Position numbers and translations under genes: made by a program | Notes under the pieces: model-generated | Told to the model about the DNA's origin: nothing | The model's database searches: none | What the model saw: the letters and a program-made list of their open reading frames with translations, nothing else | Assembly (NCBI GenBank): GCA_031555755.1 | Contig: JAVBUD010000008.1 | Coordinates: 1,785-65,784 of the forward strand | Length of the DNA stretch: 64,000 bases | Direction of reading: 5' to 3' | Source of the DNA: Eubacteriales bacterium | Lineage (GTDB): Bacteria; Bacillota; Clostridia; Christensenellales; Aristaeellaceae | Shown here: in pieces, positions 8,688 through 16,200 of the stretch | Layout of the letters: every line of letters begins with the position of its first letter | How positions within the stretch are numbered: position 1 is the stretch's first letter

Positions 8688-8803
8688 GAAATCCCTCCTA
8701 CAATTTGATTCAGCACACATAATCGCGCCAGATGGCCTTCGCCCATTCGGGGACAAAGCCCATGATCACGTCCGCCTTAGCCATAGCCTACCACGATATG
8801 GGC

Positions 8804-8870
8804 GAAAAGTCCACTGCTGCGGGCAGCTTTTTCGAGCGTCTGCCGCAGTCAATGGACTTTTCTTGTTTCG
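8804..8870 (+). terminator. Long imperfect hairpin + T-rich tail in the leader of the 8927 gene (attenuator or orphan terminator)
   Basis: Arms 8804-8826 and 8840-8862 pair over ~21 bp (1 mismatch, 2 bulges), followed by TTGTTTCG. Lies 57 nt upstream of the ATG at 8927. Confidence 0.35.
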
Positions 8871-8926
8871 TGTGATACCATGGAAGTGAAATCAGGGGCG
8901 AGCGTGCGCGCGAAGGAGGAAGGCTG

Positions 8927-9487
8927 ATGAAGAACTCGAAGGCACAAGTGGGACTCATCATTGGACTGCTCATTTTTTGGGCAGTGGTATCTGGCTACAT
9001 TGTGAGCATCTCGACGTCAAGCGGCCAGTTTCGGTATTTCACCAACGGCGTCGAAGTGACCGGCGTCATGAGGAACCCCTTCGCGCAATCACTGATGCTG
9101 GCCGTCATGCTGACAGCGCTCACCATGGGCCTGATCAACCTGGCGATTTGGTGCGTCGACGAACGCAACAGACGCAGGGCACGCTGCGCGGCGATGGCGC
9201 CGGGCGAACGCAGGGATCACGCCACCAGAAACCTGGCCACCCGCGCGGTGTTCATTGTCTGCCTGGGTTTCACGCTGTTCATGATCGTGGGCGCGGCCAT
9301 TGACCAGACGACTGGCCTCGCCATCATGCTAGGCATGAATGGACTCGGCGCGCTGCTGGGCATCGTCAGCTTGATTCGGTCGGGTCTGCACCACACTGAT
9401 GTGTACAGGCGCGCGGTCGTCGCCATCGTGCTCGCCATCGCTTTGACGCCCGCGCCGATCGTGATGCTCATGAGGAACCTGAAATAG
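8927..9487 (+). CDS. Hypothetical polytopic membrane protein
   Basis: GAAGGAGGAAGG RBS. Four or five hydrophobic segments with a basic loop (DERNRRRARC). No family recognised. Confidence 0.6.
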   Translation: MKNSKAQVGLIIGLLIFWAVVSGYIVSISTSSGQFRYFTNGVEVTGVMRNPFAQSLMLAVMLTALTMGLINLAIWCVDERNRRRARCAAMAPGERRDHATRNLATRAVFIVCLGFTLFMIVGAAIDQTTGLAIMLGMNGLGALLGIVSLIRSGLHHTDVYRRAVVAIVLAIALTPAPIVMLMRNLK

Positions 9488-9676
9488 TCGCGCGGGGGTG
9501 AGTGACTTCATCTGTTGCAAATCGGCCTTTCAGTTTGATGCACATCATGTTGCTCTCCAGCGCGGGATTGCCTTTCTTGCCATCAACAGCGTTTGCCCCA
9601 AGAACAGCTTTACTTCGGCCGTGGTTCGTGCTATGCTGTGGGGTGTCCAGATGCATATGAGAAAGGGTGTCACAGC

Positions 9677-10078
9677 ATGATTGGTCATTACCTGATGTTT
9701 GGCGGCAACTGTGGGGAGGCGCTCAAGGCGTACGAGGCGGCTTTCGATGCGGAGGTCCGGGAGATTCAAAAGTATGGGGACATGCCGCCGAATCCGGCGT
9801 TCCCGATTGCGGAGGAGGACAAGCAGCTGGTGCTGCATGCCCGAATCACGATTGACGGCGCGGACATCATGTGCGCCGACAGCGTCCAGCGAAATGAGTG
9901 CGGGGACAACATGTATGTGTCCGTCACAGCCGGCGCGGCGTTCGTCCAAAAGGCATGGGATGCGTTGGCCGAGGGCGGGTCGATCTATATGGCGCTGGCG
10001 CCCTCGTTCTTCGCCGCGCTGCACGGTTCTCTGCGCGATCGGTTTGGCGTCAACTGGATGTTTACGGCCACAAAATAG
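9677..10078 (+). CDS. VOC/glyoxalase-superfamily protein, PhnB-like (3-demethylubiquinone methyltransferase-like domain)
   Basis: Start at MIGHYLMFGGNCGEALKAYEAAF... Ends ...FGVNWMF, the pattern characteristic of PhnB/YjdN-like proteins. The ORF-track start at 9593 is an extension. Confidence 0.7.
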   Translation: MIGHYLMFGGNCGEALKAYEAAFDAEVREIQKYGDMPPNPAFPIAEEDKQLVLHARITIDGADIMCADSVQRNECGDNMYVSVTAGAAFVQKAWDALAEGGSIYMALAPSFFAALHGSLRDRFGVNWMFTATK

Positions 10079-10153
10079 CGGCAACATCGCGCTTCGCCCT
10101 TCCCGCGCATCTTCTCCGTTAAGAAAACCCCATTACCCGTCATTATTTCAAGC

Positions 10154-10182
10154 GAGAAAGTTGTGACCGTGACAACTTTCTC
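10154..10182. promoter_or_regulatory. 29-bp palindromic operator candidate upstream of the LuxR-type TCS operon
   Basis: GAGAAAGTTGT-GACCGTG-ACAACTTTCTC. Half-sites GAAAGTTGTGAC (10156-10167) and GTGACAACTTTC (10169-10180). The same half-site recurs at 13135-13158. Confidence 0.6.
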
Positions 10183-10213
10183 CTTGTCATACAACTGAGG
10201 AACCGCGCGGTTG

Positions 10214-10222
10214 TGGTATAAT
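10214..10222 (+). promoter_or_regulatory. Extended -10 promoter element (TGGTATAAT) for the RR operon
   Basis: TGnTATAAT at 10214-10222. No good -35 at 17 bp. This places the TTG at 10211 inside the promoter and favours the TTG at 10250 as the start. Confidence 0.45.
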
Positions 10223-10249
10223 GGAGCTGCGAAGGGGGGGGAATGCCGT

Positions 10250-10879
10250 TTGGAGCGGATCAAGGTCGCGGTGGGGGAGGACCATGCGGTGCTGCGGCGG
10301 GCGCTGGTGACGGCGCTGCGGCAGGACCCGGACATCGACGTGCTGGGCGACGCGGAGAACGGGCTGGAGTTGGTCGAGCTGTGCCGCGCGGCCGGGCCGG
10401 ACGTGGCGGTGGTGGACATCCGGATGCCGGTCATGGACGGGGTCCAGGCGGCATCTGTCATCAAGGCGGAGCTGCCCGCCGTCAAGGTGCTGATCCTGAC
10501 CACATTCGACGACGAGGAATACCTGCGCAAGCTGTTCGCGCTGGGCATCGACGGGTATCTGCTGAAGAACGAGGACCATGCCGCGCTCGCCAACGCGGTG
10601 AAGAGCGTCTATATCGGCTACAACACCCTGGACAGGAGCATCACGGCCAAGCTGGCCGCCATGATGGGCGGCCCGACGCCGCCCGCCGAGCTGAGCCCCA
10701 TGGAGGAAAAGGTGGCGCGGATGGCGGCCCAGGGGCTGTACAACAAGGACATCGCCAGGGAGCTGGACATCAGCTATGGCCGCGCGCGGAACCTGGTTTC
10801 GCAGGTGTACCGCAAGCTGGGCGCGCTGGAGCGGGCGGAGATGGGCGGCTTTTTGAGCGCGGAGGCGAAGGAACCGTGA
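10250..10879 (+). CDS. Response regulator, receiver + LuxR/NarL-type HTH
   Basis: TTG start after AAGGGGGGGG. IKVAVGEDHAVLR...DVAVVDIRMPVMDG...KVLILTTFDD...GYLLK. C-terminal LSPMEEKVARMAAQGLYNKDIARELDISYGRARNLVSQVYRKLG. Confidence 0.9.
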   Translation: MERIKVAVGEDHAVLRRALVTALRQDPDIDVLGDAENGLELVELCRAAGPDVAVVDIRMPVMDGVQAASVIKAELPAVKVLILTTFDDEEYLRKLFALGIDGYLLKNEDHAALANAVKSVYIGYNTLDRSITAKLAAMMGGPTPPAELSPMEEKVARMAAQGLYNKDIARELDISYGRARNLVSQVYRKLGALERAEMGGFLSAEAKEP

Positions 10880-12057
10880 GCATCTGGATGGCCTGCCAGT
10901 GGGCGATGCTGGTCCTGGCGCTGGGCCCGGCGCTGTATTTTCTGTGCCGCTGGCGCGACAGCCGGGTGATGGGCGCGTTCTGCGTGATCGTGCTGTTCGG
11001 CTACCTCTGGGCCGTGGGCCAGTTGTGGGGGAAGTGTGAGCAGCTGTATTGGCGCGGCGAGGCGCGGATGGGCTGGGCGCTGCTGCTGTGCTATCTGGGC
11101 ATGTGCGCGATGGGGCCTGCGTGCGTGTACTTCGCGTGGCGGTTTGCGGGTCGGCACCTTTTGTGCCGGGACAGACGGGCGGTGGGCGCGGTGTTCGGGG
11201 TGGGCGCGGTGTTCTATCTGCTGGTGCTGTCAAACGGCTGGCACCATCTTTATTATCGCTCGTTTTCGCTGGACGCGCGGGCGTATGGCCCGGCGTTCTA
11301 CGCGTTCACGGGGTTTTCTTATGGGTGCTTCTGTTACGCGTTCTGGGTGCTGCTGCGGGCGAAGTGGGATCACGGGCGCTCGCCGTGGCTGATCGGGCTG
11401 AACGTGGCGCTGCCGGTGCTGGGGAACACACTGGAGATGATCCTGCGCGACCCGGCCAGGGACATCGTGCCCGCGTGCTACTGCGCGATGCTGGCGGTGT
11501 CGCTATTCATCGCCCGCCGGTATCAGCCGGTGCACCTGCGGCCCATCGCCGCCAAGCGCGTGCTGGACGCCATGTCCAGCCCGGTGCTGGTGATGGGGTC
11601 GGAGGGCTATCGCAACGGCGCGGCGGTGGGCATCGACGCGGACGCGCTGGCGGACGGGCGCGTGGTGCTCCGGGACCGGGTGTATCAGTGCGCGCTGCGG
11701 GACATGGACGGCGATCAGGTGGCGGCGCTGACGGACGTGACGGAACACGACGCGGCGCTGCTGCAGCAGCGGCGGCATGTGGCGGCGCTGACGGAGGCCG
11801 CGCAGTTGCTGGACGCCCAGCGGGCGCGGCTGATGGAGCTGGAGCCGGTGGCCGAGGGTTTGGCCGCCGAGCGGCGGCGGGCGGAGATCATGGCGCGGCT
11901 GAGCGCGGAGGTGGCGGAAAAGCTGGACGCGCTGCAGAGGGCCATCGAGTGCAGCCTAGACGCGCCGGACGCGCCGCACATCGGGGAAAACCGGCGGCTG
12001 GCGCTGGACGCGTTCGCGGTGGTGCGCGACATCGTGAGTGAATACAAGAGGAAGTGA
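10876..12057 (+). CDS. Membrane sensor with HisKA_7TM-like N-terminal domain and coiled-coil C-terminus; no phospho-acceptor His or ATPase domain
   Basis: GTG overlaps the RR stop (GTGA). Six or seven TM helices including the LSNGWHHLYYRSF motif typical of the 7TM sensor-kinase N-domain. The C-terminus ERRRAEIMARLSAEVAEKLDALQ resembles a HisKA_3 DHp helix with His replaced. Confidence 0.7.
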   Translation: MSIWMACQWAMLVLALGPALYFLCRWRDSRVMGAFCVIVLFGYLWAVGQLWGKCEQLYWRGEARMGWALLLCYLGMCAMGPACVYFAWRFAGRHLLCRDRRAVGAVFGVGAVFYLLVLSNGWHHLYYRSFSLDARAYGPAFYAFTGFSYGCFCYAFWVLLRAKWDHGRSPWLIGLNVALPVLGNTLEMILRDPARDIVPACYCAMLAVSLFIARRYQPVHLRPIAAKRVLDAMSSPVLVMGSEGYRNGAAVGIDADALADGRVVLRDRVYQCALRDMDGDQVAALTDVTEHDAALLQQRRHVAALTEAAQLLDAQRARLMELEPVAEGLAAERRRAEIMARLSAEVAEKLDALQRAIECSLDAPDAPHIGENRRLALDAFAVVRDIVSEYKRK

Positions 12058-13084
12058 GCGGCGCGTGGACTACGAAAAGGTGCTCTCCCGCATCGACCAG
12101 CCGGTGCTGATCACGGACCGGCTGTTTCAGGTGGCGGCGATGAACGGCGCGTTTCGGGCGCTGTACCCGCTGCTGGAGCCGGGTGAGTCGGTGCGCGCTT
12201 TTTTCGGGGCGTATCCGGCGCTTGCGCCGCTGTTTGAGGGCGGCGAGGGCCGATGCAACCTGGAGCGGGACGGGCGGCTGTTCGTGGCGCAGGTGTCGCT
12301 GGTCTACCTGGGCGGGCATGCCGCGCCCGCCGCGCGGAGCGTGCTGCTGACGGAGGTGACGGACACGGTGCGCCTGGCGCAGAAGGCCGCCGAGGCGGGC
12401 GCACAGCTGGAGGCATACAACCGCCAAGCCGAGGCGCAGAACGGGGAGATCCAGTGCCGGATCGAGCAGCTGGCCCAGGCGTCGGCCCTGCTGGAGACGA
12501 ACAAGTTCATGCGCGACCTGCACGACACGCTGGGCCATGCGCTGACGGTGGTGAACGCGCTGCAGGGGCTGGCGCTGGCGGCGCTGCCGGACGAGGCCCG
12601 GGCGCGGTCGGAGCTGCGCGAGGCGCTGAACTACACCCGGCTCAGCATCGCCGATCTGGAGTCCCAGGGCGCTTTTTCGGAGGAGGGCGGCCTGACCGCG
12701 TTCCTGCGGCGGTTCCGGCGCTCCATGGCCCGGGCGGGGCTGGACGTGCGGCTGGACGTGCGGGGCGAGGAGGGGCCGGACCATCAGTACATGTACTCCG
12801 ACCTCAGCCGCATCTGCCAGGAGGCCGCCACGAACAGCCTGCGCCACGGCGGCGCGACGGCGCTCTGCGTGCGGTGCGAATTTGCAAAGGAGTCGGTGGC
12901 GCTGGTGTTGACGGACAACGGCACCGCGCCGGATGTGGTCAGGCCGGGCAACGGCCTGCGCGGCATGGACGAGCGCGCGAACAACCTGTTCGGCGACCTC
13001 GCGGCGGGCAGGGCCCCGGGCGGCGGATTCGAGATCCGCGTGCGCGCGCCGGTGATCCGGGCAGAGGGCGCGCCCAAGCGCTGA
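12038..13084 (+). CDS. Soluble sensor histidine kinase, HisKA_3 (NarX/DesK-type) + HATPase_c
   Basis: H-box FMRDLHDTLGHALTVV, N-box ICQEAATNSLRHG, G-box LTDNGTAP...GNGLRGMDERA. N-terminal ~130 aa are PAS-like and there is no TM segment. Start uncertain (GTG 12038 or GTG 12065). Overlaps the preceding ORF by 20 nt if 12038. Confidence 0.85.
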   Translation: MNTRGSERRVDYEKVLSRIDQPVLITDRLFQVAAMNGAFRALYPLLEPGESVRAFFGAYPALAPLFEGGEGRCNLERDGRLFVAQVSLVYLGGHAAPAARSVLLTEVTDTVRLAQKAAEAGAQLEAYNRQAEAQNGEIQCRIEQLAQASALLETNKFMRDLHDTLGHALTVVNALQGLALAALPDEARARSELREALNYTRLSIADLESQGAFSEEGGLTAFLRRFRRSMARAGLDVRLDVRGEEGPDHQYMYSDLSRICQEAATNSLRHGGATALCVRCEFAKESVALVLTDNGTAPDVVRPGNGLRGMDERANNLFGDLAAGRAPGGGFEIRVRAPVIRAEGAPKR

Positions 13085-13134
13085 TCCGCGGCGCGCCATG
13101 CAGAAAATGGCCGCCCGTTTTTATGCAAACCGCC

Positions 13135-13158
13135 GAAAGGTGTCACGTGACAACTTTC
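13135..13158. promoter_or_regulatory. 24-bp palindromic operator candidate upstream of the repeat surface-protein gene
   Basis: GAAAGGTGTCAC|GTGACAACTTTC (11/12 symmetric). The 13-mer CGTGACAACTTTC is identical to 10168-10180. Ends 4 nt before a perfect TTGACA. Confidence 0.6.
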
Positions 13159-13162
13159 CCTC

Positions 13163-13191
13163 TTGACAACGATAAAGAAATGGGAAACAAT
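13163..13191 (+). promoter_or_regulatory. Candidate sigma-70 promoter of the surface-protein gene
   Basis: TTGACA (13163-13168), 17-nt spacer, AACAAT (13186-13191). Confidence 0.4.
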
Positions 13192-13271
13192 GGATGTACA
13201 AGGCCACCCCCGTTCGCGGGGCTTTCTTTATTTTTGGCAGGACCCGGAAAGCGCAAAGGAGGTCGATCCTC

Positions 13272-16200
13272 ATGAAGCCCATCCACAAAACCCTCGCCTG
13301 GACCTTCATCTCCCTGATGCTCTGCCTGCTGCTGCCCCAGCCCGCCGCGCAGGCGGCTGATCTGGCGGACACGCTGTTTCTGCCCCCGGGGGTGACCAAG
13401 CCTGAGATCTCGACGGAGCCAAAGGCGTGGCCTGCGGAAGGCTATTTCTGCCCACTGGGCCAAACTGCGGGCGAGACCTACTGGTATGTCCGTGAGAAGG
13501 ATTGGAACCTTAACTATTATGGAATCACAATTATCGGCCACGTCAACATCATTCTGGAAAACGACTGCACTCTGACGTGCGATGCCAGCGGGTCATCCTA
13601 CCCCGGCATCCTTGTCCCGGGATACCTTGATACGGATGGCAAGCCGCTGCACTCCCTCACCATCTGGGCCACATCCGACGGCTCGAACAAGGGCAAGCTC
13701 ATCGCTAAGGGCGGTCCAGAAGGCGCGGGCATCGGAGGCTATGAGGGTGAAACCCCCGGCCCCATCACCATCAACGGCGGCGAGATTGAAGCCACCGGCG
13801 GCTACTACGGCGCGGGCATCGGCGGCAGCATGAGCGCAGCAGGAATAGGCGGCTCTGGCGGCATCATCACCATCAACGGCGGCGAGGTCACCGCCACCGG
13901 CGCCATGTTCGGCGCGGGCATCGGCGGTGGCGGTGGTAATATGTCCGCCGGTACCAGCGGTACCATCTCCATCCTCGGCGGCATCGTTACCGCCAATGGC
14001 GGCGAAAATGGCGCGTCGGCCATCGGCGGCGGCGGCGGCACAAACGTGACGCCCGCGCCCATGGGCGACATCACCATCGGCTCAGCGGCGAAGGTGACCA
14101 CCACAGTGGCATCCGGTGGCGACGCGCCGATCGGTCCTGGCCACTCGACCGCCCCGCCCGCCTTCACCCTCTCCGTCGCCTCTTCCGGCAACACCCACAC
14201 CGCCACCGTCTTCGCCAACGAGCGCATGCACCTGCTGCACAACGGGGCGAACGGGTTCCAGTATAAATGGGCGTATTCCACCGTCGGCACCACGTTTCAA
14301 CCCATCACCGATGCACCCAACGGACCCGCCTGCACCTACACAGGTGTGGACATCAAAAAAATCCAGTGCTCCATCTACACCCACGACACCGAATCCCCCA
14401 TGACCATATTCAGTGCTGACATCAACACTACCCTCACCGGCGACCCCTACTACGACCCCGTCCACGACTCGAATCGACAGGCGCCAAATGCGACAGAACT
14501 GAAGGATCAAACCACCCTCGGTGAAGGTGGCAACATCTCTTCATGGTACGTCCTCAAAGGCAACCGCGCCGGAAATGAGTCGATCGCCATCAAACCTGGC
14601 AGCCACGTCAACCTCATCCTGAACCAGGGCACGAGCATGACCGCCAATGGCCCAAATACTTTTCCGGGCATCTCCGTCCCCGGCAGTGCCTCCCTCACCA
14701 TCTGGGCTGCCCGGAAGGACGGCAACGGCGTACTCACGGCCAGTGGCAATGGCGGCGCAGGCATCGGCGGAGGGGCGCAACAAACCGGTACCCTCGGTCC
14801 TATCACCATCAACGGCGGCACCGTCGACGCTGCAAGCATCGGTGGCGCGGGCATCGGCGGAGGGGCGCAACAAACCGGTACCCTCGGCCCTATCACCATA
14901 AACGGCGGCACCGTCGAAGCGTCCAGCAATTTCGGCGCGGGCATCGGCGGAGGGGTCGGACAATCCGGTACCCTCGGCCCTATCACCATCCACGGCGGCA
15001 CCGTCACCGCAAGCAGCGAGTTTGCGGGCGCGGGCATCGGCACCGGCGCACGCAGCTCCATCTCCCAACCTAAAATCACGCTTGACAAGGCCGCGAAGAT
15101 CAAGGCCACGGGCGGAAAGACGGATAGTGGATACGGCCCCGGCGCGCCCATCGGCACCGGCGGTCAATCAAGCAAAACCTCCGGCACCCCCGCCCTCGCA
15201 CTGCAGACCATCACCCCCTCCGCCATCGCTGGCGCGCGCGGGGCGGTCACGTTCGAGATGATCAACCTCCGCCTCACCGGCACCCCCACCTACACCTACA
15301 TCCTCACGCCCGCCTCCGGCGCAACCATCACGATCCCAGGCGACGCAGGCGGCTTCACCGCGCCCGCGAGCGCGGGCACCTATCAGGTCTCCTGCATCGT
15401 CAACCACTACCGAGTAGGCACCACTGACTTCGGCATCACCACCGAGTCCCTCCCGCTCACTGTCACCTCCCTCTCCCCCTACAAGGCGGACCCCTCCATC
15501 ATCGGCGCGAACCCCGGCCTCGAGCATGAGTTGACGGAGACCGGTATCTCCGGGCAGCTGCTGATCCTCGGGGCGCACGCGGACACGCTGCGGCCCGTCG
15601 TCCGCATCCGCAACGAGCGCGGCGAAGTGGTGCACACCGCGCCCGGCGCGGCGCTGCAACCGGCGCGTCCCACCGGCCACAACGCCGGGTTTGCGGTCCC
15701 GGAAGCCGACCTGACCGGCCTTCCGGCGGGCCGCTACACGCTGTGGATGTCCGCGCCGTCCGACCCGTACAATGAGTCCATGGCGGACACCTGCGTGGGC
15801 TTTTTCCTGATCGCCGACGGCGTGCCGCACTACCTGGGCGACAACCAGCTCGCGGTGCTGACCGGCTCGGTGCAGCCGCTGCCGGTGGTGTTCCGGGTGA
15901 GCGGCCTGGCCCCGGCCCAGTCCGAGACCGTCACGCTCCGCGTCGCGGGCCGCGATTATCCCGCCATCCTGACCCGCAACGGCGAGCACATCCTGTCCAT
16001 CGACGCCAATTTCAGCGCGCCTGGCGAGCACCCGCTCACGCTGCACCCGGCGGAGGGCGACCCCGTCCCCCTGGGCACGCTGCGCGTCGTGGACCACAAC
16101 GAGACCTTCGCTGGCGAGCTGCAGGACCTGGTGGACGAGGGCGCACGGTTCGTGCCTGTGGCCCGGGGCGTGCAGCTGGCCGTCACCGGCACGGGCACCC

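Noticed and set aside
10184-10189. TTGTCA directly after the first palindrome, considered as the -35 of the RR operon promoter.
   Set aside because: It lies 27 nt from the only good -10 (TATAAT at 10217-10222). The promoter is better explained as an extended -10 type (TGGTATAAT). The hexamer may instead be part of the conserved regulator site.
12038-12057. A simple frameshift pseudogene as the explanation for the 7TM-ORF / kinase-ORF overlap.
   Set aside because: Not fully excluded. However, a fused product would contain two DHp-like helices in series, and each ORF has its own plausible start, so I report them as two genes and flag the junction for read-level checking.
14751-15020. Could the tandem repeats or the three palindromic elements be a CRISPR array?
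   Set aside because: The 90-bp repeats are contiguous, in frame and inside a CDS, with no spacers. The REP-like elements are dispersed singly at 18.1, 29.4 and 60.7 kb. No cas genes are present.
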